From NCBI GenBank assembly GCA_046484865.1, contig JAWOID010000083.1, positions 1-19,075 of the forward strand: a DNA stretch of 19,075 nt. Direction: 5' to 3'. The notes under the pieces were generated by a model. It did no database searches and had not been told where the DNA came from. It was given only the letters and a program-made list of their open reading frames with translations. Numbering within the stretch: the first letter of the stretch is position 1; each line of letters begins with the position of its first letter. The translations under genes and the position numbers were made by a program. The stretch is from Candidatus Krumholzibacteriia bacterium (GTDB lineage: Bacteria; Krumholzibacteriota; Krumholzibacteriia; LZORAL124-64-63). Of the stretch, positions 1-8,708 are shown in pieces.

Positions 1-1106
1 AGGTCCTCCGACCAGCGGAACGGGCTCTCGAGGGTCGGCGCGCAGGCGAGGCCGGCCGCCGTCGCCGCCCGCCGCGCCAGCGCCACGGCCGCCGGGTGGT
101 TGATCGTGGCGGGGAACTCGTCGTGCCAGCCGACGGCGATCTCCAGGCCGTCGCGGGCGGCCTCCTCGCGCGCGGCGGCCACCGCGCGCTCGCGCAGGTC
201 CAGGAGCCCGGCGTCGGTGTCCGCGCGCAGGGTCGCCAGCAGCTCGCCATGTCCGGGGCTGGTGCCGAACGTGCGGTCGCCCACGCGCACGTGGACCACC
301 GTCACCAGCGACAGCCCGCCGCCGCCCGGCCTGGCCCCGCCGCCGCCGCCGCCGCCGGGGCGGGCGCCGGGCGCCGCTCCGAGGGACGCCAGCCGCGGCA
401 CCAGGCGCGCCACCGCGTCGGCCGGGTTCAACCCGTGCTCGGGATGAGCCGCGTGGGACGTGCGCCCCTCGAGCCGGATCTCCAGGCCCACGCTGGCCGC
501 GGCCAGGGCTCCCGGGCGGATCACCACCTGCCCCAGGGGATAGCCGGGAAGGTTGTGCAGCGCGAACACCCAGTCCGGGGCGAGGGCCCGGTACCGCGGG
601 TCGGCGGCCACCGCCCGGCCGCCCGCGCCGGTCTCCTCGGCGGGCTGGAAGAGCAGCACCACGCGCCCGCGCGCCGGGCGGCGCGCCGCCAAGTCCACGC
701 CCACGCCCGCCAGGATGGCCATGTGGCCGTCGTGGCCGCAGAGGTGGCCCACGCCCGGGCGCCGGGAGGCGTGGGGGCGCCCGCCGGCGCCGGCCGTTCC
801 GCGGCGGCCCCCCGGGACCCGCTCCTGGATCGGCAGCGCGTCCAGCTCCGCCCGCAGCACCACCGTGGGGCCGCCGGCCGCCGCCGACGCTGCGCCGGCC
901 GCCGTCGCGCCGGCCGCACCGTAAATGACGGCCAGTCCGTGCCCGCCGATGCCGGCGACGATCGCGTCGGGCTGCGTGGCGGCCAGGCGGCGTGCCAGCC
1001 GGGCCGCGGTGGGGCCCTCCTCGCCCGACAGGTCGGGCTCGGCGTGTAGCGCACGGCGCAGGGCGGTCAGATCGCCCGGATCGGGCTGGCGCCGGTTCCC
1101 GGTCAC
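1..1106 (-). CDS. M20D-family amidohydrolase (hippurate hydrolase / IAA-amino acid hydrolase-like), 3'-partial
   Basis: Not in the ORF track because its stop lies outside the window. Manual translation from GTG at 1106 gives MTGNRRQPDPGDLTALRRALHAEPDLSGEE...VVLRAELDALPIQE...HLCGHDGHM...LLFQPAEETG...FALHNLPG...GRTSHAAHP...PFRWSED, with the M20D motifs in one open frame. The start overlaps the upstream stop (GTGA, 1103-1106). Confidence 0.93.
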   Translation of the reverse strand, partial: MTGNRRQPDPGDLTALRRALHAEPDLSGEEGPTAARLARRLAATQPDAIVAGIGGHGLAVIYGAAGATAAGAASAAAGGPTVVLRAELDALPIQERVPGGRRGTAGAGGRPHASRRPGVGHLCGHDGHMAILAGVGVDLAARRPARGRVVLLFQPAEETGAGGRAVAADPRYRALAPDWVFALHNLPGYPLGQVVIRPGALAAASVGLEIRLEGRTSHAAHPEHGLNPADAVARLVPRLASLGAAPGARPGGGGGGGARPGGGGLSLVTVVHVRVGDRTFGTSPGHGELLATLRADTDAGLLDLRERAVAAAREEAARDGLEIAVGWHDEFPATINHPAAVALARRAATAAGLACAPTLESPFRWSED

Positions 1107-2017
1107 GTCCCGGCCCCGTTCGCGCGGCGACGGTTCTGCAGGGTGAGCCCGCCGACGATGAGCAGCAGGCCGGCCACCGTCGCCGGCCGGATCGTCTCGC
1201 CCAGGATCGTGCCGATGAACACCAGCGACACGAACGGGGAGAGGAAGATGAGATTGGCCACGCGCGACGTGTTGGCGGTGAGGCGCAGGGCGGTGAGCCA
1301 GAGCACGAACGTCACGCCCATCTCCACCGTGCCCACGTACACGGCCGCCGGCACGCCCGCCGCCGGGAACACCCAGCCGTGCCGGGCCACCGCCACCGCC
1401 CACACCGGCAGCAGGCCCGCGGCGAAGTTCCAGAACAGCATCACCACCGGATCGAGCCGGCTGCGCGCGTTGGACAGCCAGTAGAGCGCCCAGATCACGG
1501 TGCTGCCGAGGGCCAGCGCCACGCCGAGCGTCTCCACCGTGCCGGCTGCGCCCGCCGCGGTCGCGTTGCCGCGCGAGATCACCAGCACCCCGCCGTAGCA
1601 GACCACGCCGGCGACCAGGTCCACCCGGCGCAGGCGGTGGCCGCGCAGGGGCACCGACAGGTAGGTGAGGGTGAGCGCCCAGGTGTAGTTCAGCGGCTGG
1701 GCCACCTGAGCGGGCAGCCGGTCGTAGGCCTCGAACAGGATCAGGTAGTACGCCCAGGGGTTCAGCAGGCCGAGAGCTGCGGCGAGCATCAGGTCGCGGC
1801 GCGACGTCCTCGTCAGCTGCCCGAGCTTGCCCTGCACGGCGAGGATCAGGGCGAGCGCCACCAGCGACACCGTGGTCGCGCCGGCCAGCAGCTGCGCGGG
1901 AGCCAGCACCCGCAGGCCGAGCTTGAAGGCGGTGGCCACCGTCGACCACAGCAGCACGGCGGCCAGGCCGAAGAGCATGGCGTTGCGCTCGCGCGGCAAG
2001 GTGGGAGCGGTGCTCAT
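1103..2017 (-). CDS. EamA/DMT-family transporter (304 aa)
   Basis: C-terminal third of track ORF 1103..3973. From ATG 2017: MSTAPTLPRERNAMLFGLAAVLLWSTVATAFKLGL...YYLILFEAYDRLPAQVAQPLNYTW...NLIFLSPFVSLVFIGTILGE. About ten hydrophobic segments in two EamA repeats. The upstream part of the track ORF is an off-frame overlap with the RND gene. Confidence 0.92.
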   Translation of the reverse strand: MSTAPTLPRERNAMLFGLAAVLLWSTVATAFKLGLRVLAPAQLLAGATTVSLVALALILAVQGKLGQLTRTSRRDLMLAAALGLLNPWAYYLILFEAYDRLPAQVAQPLNYTWALTLTYLSVPLRGHRLRRVDLVAGVVCYGGVLVISRGNATAAGAAGTVETLGVALALGSTVIWALYWLSNARSRLDPVVMLFWNFAAGLLPVWAVAVARHGWVFPAAGVPAAVYVGTVEMGVTFVLWLTALRLTANTSRVANLIFLSPFVSLVFIGTILGETIRPATVAGLLLIVGGLTLQNRRRANGAGT

Positions 2018-2023
2018 GGGGGC

Positions 2024-2052
2024 AGCATAGGCGGTGACCCGCGCCGACGGAA
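2024..2052 (-). promoter_or_regulatory. Candidate sigma70 promoter for the EamA-M20D pair, probably leaderless
   Basis: Minus strand TTCCGT (2052-2047) - 17 nt - TATGCT (2029-2024), then 6 nt (GCCCCC) and the ATG at 2017. No Shine-Dalgarno sequence. Confidence 0.5.
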
Positions 2053-2088
2053 CGGCAAGTTCGTCGTTCCCGCCATGTTCATCGGGTG

Positions 2089-5000
2089 TTATCGGGTGTC
2101 GGGCGACAGCGACCCCGGCGGCGGCGTCACGACGGCGGCGGCCGGAGCACGGCCGCGGAGCCGCGCGCCGAGCCGCCGCAGGCCCCATCCCCAGCGCGTG
2201 CAGATCCAGTACAAGGCCGGCATGGCCATCAGGATGAGGACCGTGGAGCTGGCCAGGCCCCCGATCGACGCGAGGGCGAGGTTCTCCCAGATGTCCTTCC
2301 CCTGGGCCTCGCCCGAGCTGTAGATCAGCGGCAGCAGACCCGCGATCGTGGTGCCGCTGGTCAGCAGGATGGAGCGCATCTGGATGCGCACGCCGTCGAC
2401 GATGGCCGTCCGCAGGATCCCCTGCCGCTCGGGCGCGGCCAGACGCCACAGGTCGAAGCCGCCGAGCCCGCGCTTGGCGGGCAGCAGGCCGTTGGCCGCG
2501 CCCGCCGCGGGGGCGCCGCCCGCGGCCACGAGGCCGCGTTCCTCGAGCAGTTCCCGCACCTGCAGGCGGAACCGGTTCACCAGGAGGATGGCGTTGTTCA
2601 CCACGATGCCGGCCATCAGCACCAGCCCGATGCGGGCCGAGGAGTCGAAGTCCGAGCCCTCCGCCCAGAAGATGCCCGCCACCCCCACCAGCGACATGGG
2701 CACCGCGAGCAGGACCAGCCAGGGCAGGGCCAGCGACTCGAACAGCGCGGCCAGCGTCATCATGATGAACACGAGCGTGAAGATCAGCGTGTCGCGGAGC
2801 TGCTCCTCCTCCTCCGGCGTCACCTGCTCGCCCGACACGTCCTCGGCGCTGTAACCGTAGGGGAGGTCGAGTTCCGCCAGCAGATCGCCGATGAACCGGC
2901 GCCGCATCTTGTCGGTGCCGATGTACTCCCAGTTCACGAGTTGCCGGTAGCGCTGGTCCTTGCGGTTGATGGACGTGATCTCGGGCCGGCTCTCGAGCCG
3001 CACCAGCTTGCCGAGCTGCACCCGCTGTCCGCGCGAGGTGGTGATGGTCCGCGCCAGCACCTGATCGGCCTGGATCTCCTCCGACTCGGCGAACGAGAGC
3101 TGCACCCGCCGGTGCTCGCCGTCGAGGATCATGTTCCAGGGCGTGTCCACGCCCAGCAGGCGCCGCAGGTGGCCCACCATCTCGGCCACACTCAGGCGGT
3201 GGCTCACCAGGGCGGCGCGATCGATCACCACGACGGTCTCGTCGGTGCCCGCCCGGTCGAAGCGGTCGCCGCTGGTCAGCCGCACGTTGCGCGCGCGGCG
3301 GTTGCGCTCGAGACGGCTCACGATGCCGTCGCTGATCCGCTTCAGCTCCTTGCTGTTGTAGCCGGTGAGTTCGATGGTCGAGTTGCTCTGCCCGCCGCCA
3401 CGGCCCCCCTTCATGTAGGGATCGCCGAAGCCGGCCAGCCAGATGAACATGCCGCCCAGCTCCTCGGCCAGCACGATGAGCTTGTTGCGGTACAGCTCCG
3501 GGTAGGCCGACGCGAGCAGCTCCTCGTCGAACTCGATGCTCATGAACGCCCGGTTGTCGAACGAGGTGGAGCGCATGGTCACGCCCTCGGGCACCGGCAG
3601 CAGTTCCCGCTCGAACAGCGCCATGGTGGCGCTGGCGAGCTTCACGTCGGTCCCCACCGGTCGTTCCAGGTAGACGAAGATCTGCTCCTGGCTGCGCGGT
3701 CGCCAGAAGCCGCCGTGGCTCACCTTCTCGTCGAACGCCCACCAGGTGCCGGCGAAGAGGACCACGATCAGCACGGTCGGGTACCACCAGAAGCGCAGGT
3801 GCAGGCGCGTGATGGCGTCGACCCAGGCCACGAACACGCCCACCAGGAGCAGCAGCCCGGCGGCACCGGCGGTCCAGGGCACGAGGTCGCGGGCCCAGCG
3901 CATCCCCTGCCAGGCGGCGGCGCCGCCGAGCACGGCGAGCCCCACCGCCAGCACCGCCAGCGCCCAGCGCCACAGCAGCGACCAGCCGCGCACGCGGAAC
4001 TCGTCGCCGCCCGCCACGGTGGTCCGCAGCGTGCGCGCCGCCGCGCCGCGCAGAGCCACCGGCATCCAGCAGAACGCCACGAAGACGGACGCGAGCATGG
4101 CGATGCCCACGCTCATCGCCAGGGGCACGTAGAAGAGCGAGAGGCGGTCGGTCAGGAACGTGAAGGAGAGGAAGGCCACCACGGTGGTGAAGGTGGTGGC
4201 CAGGATGGGGAAGGCCACCTCGGAGGCGCCGCGCACCAGCACCTCGCGCACGCCGGCGTCGCGGCGGCCGGCCAGGCGCCGGTGGATCGCATCCAGCACC
4301 AGGATGCTGTTGTCCAGCAGCATGCCGAAGCAGACCGTCAGGCCGCTGATGGTGATGAAGTTCACCGAGATGCCGAAGAAGTAGAACAGCGACAGGCAGA
4401 TGACGATGGCCAGCAGGATGGACGCGACCACGATGGCCACCAGCCGCACCTGGCGCAGCACCACCGCGAGCAGGGCGAACAGCAGCCCCAGGATCACGAG
4501 CGAGCGGATCACGAGGTCGCGCAGCTTCTCCTCGAGATCGCGTCCCTCGTCCTCGTCGATGTCGAAGGTGACCGGGAACGGCATGGCCGCCCTGATCTCC
4601 GGCAGCGCGGCGCGCAGGCGCCGGCTCACGGTCACCGAGTTCTGCGCGCTGCGCTTCACCACGTTCAGGGTGATGACGTTCTCGCCGTTGATGCGGACGA
4701 AGTAGGCCGCGTCCTCGAACGCGCGTTCGACCCGCGCCACGTGGCCGAGGGTGAGGGTCTGGCCGCCGAGGTTCGCGAGCACCGCGCCGGACAGCGCATC
4801 CACCGTGGCCGCGTCCTTCACGCTGACGGTGAACTCGCGGCCGCTGCGGTGCACCGCGCCGGCGGGCAGGATGTCGTCCAGGGCGCTCACGGCGCGGAAT
4901 ATGCCGTCGGCGGTGAGGCCGTAACGTTCCATGGCCTGCAGGTCCAGCAGGACCTTCACCAGCGGGCGGGCGCCGCCGCGCAGCTCGGCGTCGGCCACGC

Positions 5001-5538
5001 CCGGCACGGCCAGCACGCGCGGCACCAGCCAGCGTTCGGCCTCCTCGCGCAGCTCGTTGGCGGGCAGCGGCGAGATGAGGCTGACGACGAAGAACTCCTC
5101 GGTCCGCAGCTCCTCGGGCACGTAGGGGACGATCTGCGGCTGGCTCGCCTGGGCCGGCAGGTGGCGCCGCACCGCGGCCAGCTGCTCGCTCACCTCCAGC
5201 CGGGCGAACTCGATGTCGACCTCGCGGCGGAACGCCACGGTGACCTCGCTGCGGCCGTGACGGGAAGTCGACGTGAGTTCCTCGACGCCGTGGCAGCCCG
5301 CCACCGCCTCCTCGATGGGCACGGTGATGGACCGCTGCACGGCGCTCGGCGAGGCGCCGTTCCAGGCGGTGGTGATCGTGAGCTCGGGGAGCGCCGTCTC
5401 GGGCATCGCCTCCACGTCGAGCCGCGGCAGGGCATACAGGCCCATCACCAGCAGGGCGGCGAACGCCATCCAGGTGGCGACCGGATGATCGACCGCGAAG
5501 CGGATGACGGGGCTGCCGCCGGGGCTGCGTGCGGGCAC
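2089..5538 (-). CDS. RND (AcrB/AcrD/AcrF family) permease, subunit 2 (1149 aa)
   Basis: Start reassigned to GTG 5538, 2 nt after the upstream stop and preceded by GGGAG. N-terminus IRFAVDHPVATWM; TM4 GMLLDNSILVLDAI; TM8-9 LAALFESLALPWLVLLAVPMS; TM10 GIVVNNAILLV; TM11 QMRSILLTSGTTIAGLLPL; TM12 IGGLASST. Confidence 0.93.
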   Translation of the reverse strand: MPARSPGGSPVIRFAVDHPVATWMAFAALLVMGLYALPRLDVEAMPETALPELTITTAWNGASPSAVQRSITVPIEEAVAGCHGVEELTSTSRHGRSEVTVAFRREVDIEFARLEVSEQLAAVRRHLPAQASQPQIVPYVPEELRTEEFFVVSLISPLPANELREEAERWLVPRVLAVPGVADAELRGGARPLVKVLLDLQAMERYGLTADGIFRAVSALDDILPAGAVHRSGREFTVSVKDAATVDALSGAVLANLGGQTLTLGHVARVERAFEDAAYFVRINGENVITLNVVKRSAQNSVTVSRRLRAALPEIRAAMPFPVTFDIDEDEGRDLEEKLRDLVIRSLVILGLLFALLAVVLRQVRLVAIVVASILLAIVICLSLFYFFGISVNFITISGLTVCFGMLLDNSILVLDAIHRRLAGRRDAGVREVLVRGASEVAFPILATTFTTVVAFLSFTFLTDRLSLFYVPLAMSVGIAMLASVFVAFCWMPVALRGAAARTLRTTVAGGDEFRVRGWSLLWRWALAVLAVGLAVLGGAAAWQGMRWARDLVPWTAGAAGLLLLVGVFVAWVDAITRLHLRFWWYPTVLIVVLFAGTWWAFDEKVSHGGFWRPRSQEQIFVYLERPVGTDVKLASATMALFERELLPVPEGVTMRSTSFDNRAFMSIEFDEELLASAYPELYRNKLIVLAEELGGMFIWLAGFGDPYMKGGRGGGQSNSTIELTGYNSKELKRISDGIVSRLERNRRARNVRLTSGDRFDRAGTDETVVVIDRAALVSHRLSVAEMVGHLRRLLGVDTPWNMILDGEHRRVQLSFAESEEIQADQVLARTITTSRGQRVQLGKLVRLESRPEITSINRKDQRYRQLVNWEYIGTDKMRRRFIGDLLAELDLPYGYSAEDVSGEQVTPEEEEQLRDTLIFTLVFIMMTLAALFESLALPWLVLLAVPMSLVGVAGIFWAEGSDFDSSARIGLVLMAGIVVNNAILLVNRFRLQVRELLEERGLVAAGGAPAAGAANGLLPAKRGLGGFDLWRLAAPERQGILRTAIVDGVRIQMRSILLTSGTTIAGLLPLIYSSGEAQGKDIWENLALASIGGLASSTVLILMAMPALYWICTRWGWGLRRLGARLRGRAPAAAVVTPPPGSLSPDTR

Positions 5539-5540
5539 GG

Positions 5541-8500
5541 TCAGTACTCCCGGTCGATCCGCCGGTGCAGGGCCTCGTAGACGGCGGGGGTGAGCATCAG
5601 CGTCAGCAGGGTGGCGATGGTGAGACCGCCGATGATGGTCAAAGCGAGCGGGCGCTGCATCTGCTCGCCGGTGCCCATCCCGATGGCCATGGGCACCATC
5701 GCCAGCACCGTGGTCACGGTGGTCATGAGGATGGGACGGAAGCGCAGCCGGCCGGCCTCCAGCACCGCCGCCCGGCCCGAGAGCCCCTCCTGCCGCAGGC
5801 GCCGGATGGTGGCCACCTTCACGATGGCGTCGTTCACCGCGATGCCCAGCAGCGCGATCAAGCCGATGATCGACATGATGTTCAGGCTCTGGCCCGCGAG
5901 CCACAGCGTCAGCAGCGCGCCCATCACCCCCACCGGCAGCACCGCCACGATGATGAGCGGATCGAGGAACGATTCGAACTGGGCGGCGAGGATCATGTAC
6001 ACCAGCAGCGCCGACAGCAGCAGCGCCCACCCGAGGTCGCGAAAGCTGCTGTTGATCTCCTCCTGCTCGCCGCCGGTGACGAGGGCCACGCCTCCGGGCA
6101 GGGGCGCGGCGGCGAGCAGCGCGTGCACGTCGTCCCAGACGTCGCCCACCGAGCGCCCGCGGACGTCGCCGGCGAGGGTGATCTGGCGCCGCTGGTCGCG
6201 CCGCAGCACCTCGCGCACCGGCCGGCCGGTCGACTGCCTCACGAACGACCCCAGCGGCACCTGCTTGCCGCCGGGGAGCTGGACCGGCGATGCGAGCACC
6301 GCGGCCAGGTCGTAGCGTTCGTCCCGCGGCAGCCGCACGGCCACGTCCACCCGCTGCTCGATCTCGTTGTAGGTGGTGGCCACGGTGCCTTGCACGCGGT
6401 TGCGCAGCTCCAGGGCGAGCTGCTCCGGCACGAGCCCGTGACGCAGCGCCAGCTCGCGGTCGATCGTCACCTCGACCGCGGGATTGCCCAGGACGCGGTC
6501 CATCTCGACGTCGGCCAGGCCGGGCACCGCCCGCAGCCGTGGCAGCAGCGACTCCGCCACCTGCAGCGCCACCTCAGGCTCCTTGGCGATCACGCCCAGC
6601 GTGAAGGGCGCCTCGTCGCTGGAGAGGATCTCGCCCAGGCCGATCCCCTCGGCCCTGAACGCCCAGACCGCCCCCTCCAGACGTGCCAGCCGCGCCTGGA
6701 GCCCGCTCTCGACCGCCTCCATGTCGTCACGGCCGTGGCGGGTGGGCCGCAGCATGACCCGGATGCGTGCCGTGTTCGCGGCCGTGTACTCCTTGAGGCT
6801 CGCCAGGGTCCGCTCGGTGACCCCCACCTGGGTGTAGACCGCGGCCACCTGCGGGCGCTGCTCCAGGAACCCCGCCAGCTCGCCCGCGATGGCGCGGGTC
6901 TGCTCCAGCGGCGTGCCCGCGGGCAGCTCGAGCGCCACGGTGAAGTCGCCGCGGCTGCGGGCGGGCAGGAAGCTGCGATCGAGCTGCCATCCGATCATCG
7001 CGGCCGCCGCCAGCCCCGCCAGGATCGCGCCGAAGAGCAGCGGCTTGCGCGAGAGGGCGAACTCCAGCGCGCGATGGTAGCCGTGCAGGGCGCGGTCGAG
7101 CAGAGTCTCGGCCGGTCGGAAGATCCGCCACCGCTGCCCGCCGCCGGCGAGGATGCGCGCCGACAGCATCGGCTGCAGCAGCAGCGCCGCCGGGATGGAG
7201 ATCAGCAGCGAGAACGTGACCGTCAGGGCCTGGTCGCGGAAGAACTCGCCCGCGATGCCCGGGACGTAGATGACCGGAAAGAACACCGCCACCGTCGTGA
7301 GGGTGGCCGCGACCACCGGCGACGCCACCTCCGCCGCGGCATTCGCACAGGTTTCCGGGACGCTCGCCACGCCGCCGGCCGCCGGAGCCGACGCGGCATC
7401 TCCGGTGGTGCCGGCCACCGCCGCGCCGGGTCCCGGCCGCAGCGCGAGCGCGAGCCGGCGCCGTCGGTCGCCCAGGTGCCGATTGATGTTCTCGAGCACC
7501 ACGATGGAGTTGTCCACCAGCATGCCGGCCGCCAGCGAGAGGCCGCCCAGCGACATCAGGTTCAGGTTCACGCCGGCGAAGTAGAGGAACGCGAACGTCG
7601 CCATGATGGAGACCGGGATCGCCAGGCCCACGACCACCGGGCTGCGCCAGTCCATCAGGAAGAAGAAGAGCACCAGGAAAGCCAGTCCGGCGCCGTAGAG
7701 CAGCGACTTCCGCAGCCCCTCGAACGACTCCAACACGAACTCCGCGTCGCGATAGACGAAGTCGAAGCCGAAATCGGCGTACTGGTCGCCGAGGATGGCC
7801 AGGACGCGGTCCACGTCCGCGGTGGTGGCGATGGTGTTGGCGCCCACCTCCTTGTAGAGATGCAGCCCGACCACCTCCCGCTCGCCCAGCAGCGTCATCC
7901 CTTCCGGCTCGCGGGCGGTGTCGCGCACGGTCGCCACGTCGCCGATGGTCAGCCCGGCGCTCGCCGCGGAGATCTCGGTGGCGCGGATCTCGTCGAGGTT
8001 CTCGAACTCGCCCAGGATGCGCAGCGGCAAGTGCAGGGGCCCCTTGCGGATGCGACCGCCGGGGAAGCTGATGTTGGCCGCCTGCAGCGCCCGGGAGATG
8101 TCCTCGATGTCCAGCCCGTAGAGGCGCAGCTTGCCGAAATCCGGTTCCACGAGGATCTCGCGCTCGGCGCCGCCCACCAGCTCGGCCTGGCTGAGTCCGT
8201 CGATCTGCTCCAGGGCCGGCTTCACCACCTCGCGCGCGAACTCGGTCATCTGCACCAGGGGGTCGTCGCCCGTCAACACCAGCACCGCGACGGGACGGGC
8301 GGTGGGGTCCCAGCGCAGGATCAGCGGCCGGTCCGCCTCCTCGGGGAAGTCCTCGCGGTAGGCCACGCGGTCGATGGCTTCCCGCAGGTGGAGATTGGCG
8401 AAGTCCATGTCCGTGCCCCAGTCGTAGCGCACGGTGATCGTGGACGTGCCCTCGCGGGTGCGGCTCACCACGCGGCGGACGCCGGCCAGCCCGGTGATCA

Positions 8501-8705
8501 CCTCCTCCAGCGGCTGGGTGACCAGGCGGGTGAGGTCGTCGGCGGGAGTGTCGCGATAGGTGGTGATGACGGTGAGGTTCGGATAGTTCACGGCGGGCAG
8601 CAGGTCCACGGCCAGGCGCGAGTAGGCCTTGGCCCCGATGATCACCAGCCCGGTGAAGAGCATGAGGACGGCCACCGGACGGAAGACGGCGCTGCGGATG
8701 AGCAT
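5541..8705 (-). CDS. RND (AcrB/AcrD/AcrF family) permease, subunit 1 (1054 aa)
   Basis: MLIRSAVFRPVAV...VTQPLEE; TM4 GMLVDNSIVVLENI; AATLTTVAVFFP; LAAQFES; TM11 RLRFRPILMTTVTTVLAMVPMA; IGGLTIATLLTL. GGGAG upstream; starts 3 nt after the MFP stop. Confidence 0.96.
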   Translation of the reverse strand: MLIRSAVFRPVAVLMLFTGLVIIGAKAYSRLAVDLLPAVNYPNLTVITTYRDTPADDLTRLVTQPLEEVITGLAGVRRVVSRTREGTSTITVRYDWGTDMDFANLHLREAIDRVAYREDFPEEADRPLILRWDPTARPVAVLVLTGDDPLVQMTEFAREVVKPALEQIDGLSQAELVGGAEREILVEPDFGKLRLYGLDIEDISRALQAANISFPGGRIRKGPLHLPLRILGEFENLDEIRATEISAASAGLTIGDVATVRDTAREPEGMTLLGEREVVGLHLYKEVGANTIATTADVDRVLAILGDQYADFGFDFVYRDAEFVLESFEGLRKSLLYGAGLAFLVLFFFLMDWRSPVVVGLAIPVSIMATFAFLYFAGVNLNLMSLGGLSLAAGMLVDNSIVVLENINRHLGDRRRRLALALRPGPGAAVAGTTGDAASAPAAGGVASVPETCANAAAEVASPVVAATLTTVAVFFPVIYVPGIAGEFFRDQALTVTFSLLISIPAALLLQPMLSARILAGGGQRWRIFRPAETLLDRALHGYHRALEFALSRKPLLFGAILAGLAAAAMIGWQLDRSFLPARSRGDFTVALELPAGTPLEQTRAIAGELAGFLEQRPQVAAVYTQVGVTERTLASLKEYTAANTARIRVMLRPTRHGRDDMEAVESGLQARLARLEGAVWAFRAEGIGLGEILSSDEAPFTLGVIAKEPEVALQVAESLLPRLRAVPGLADVEMDRVLGNPAVEVTIDRELALRHGLVPEQLALELRNRVQGTVATTYNEIEQRVDVAVRLPRDERYDLAAVLASPVQLPGGKQVPLGSFVRQSTGRPVREVLRRDQRRQITLAGDVRGRSVGDVWDDVHALLAAAPLPGGVALVTGGEQEEINSSFRDLGWALLLSALLVYMILAAQFESFLDPLIIVAVLPVGVMGALLTLWLAGQSLNIMSIIGLIALLGIAVNDAIVKVATIRRLRQEGLSGRAAVLEAGRLRFRPILMTTVTTVLAMVPMAIGMGTGEQMQRPLALTIIGGLTIATLLTLMLTPAVYEALHRRIDREY

Positions 8706-8708
8706 GGC

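Noticed and set aside
2066..2080. LexA box GTTC-N7-GTTC
   Set aside because: That box is characteristic of Alphaproteobacteria, nothing places this genome there, the downstream genes are not SOS genes, and the GTTC spacings at 12660-12690 (N9, N10) do not fit.
1103..3973. 956-aa ORF suggesting a large EamA fusion
   Set aside because: The first ~650 aa are an off-frame reading of RND subunit 2; EamA similarity begins at ATG 2017.
5539..6030. N-terminal extension of RND subunit 2, or an RND1-RND2 frameshift fusion
   Set aside because: The extension overlaps subunit 1 in another frame. Both permeases are full length with their own RBS, start and stop.
2089..8705. Assigning mdtB/mdtC, acrB or czcA/cusA symbols
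   Set aside because: The TM4/TM10/TM11 signatures differ from those families, and orthology cannot be established without a phylogeny.
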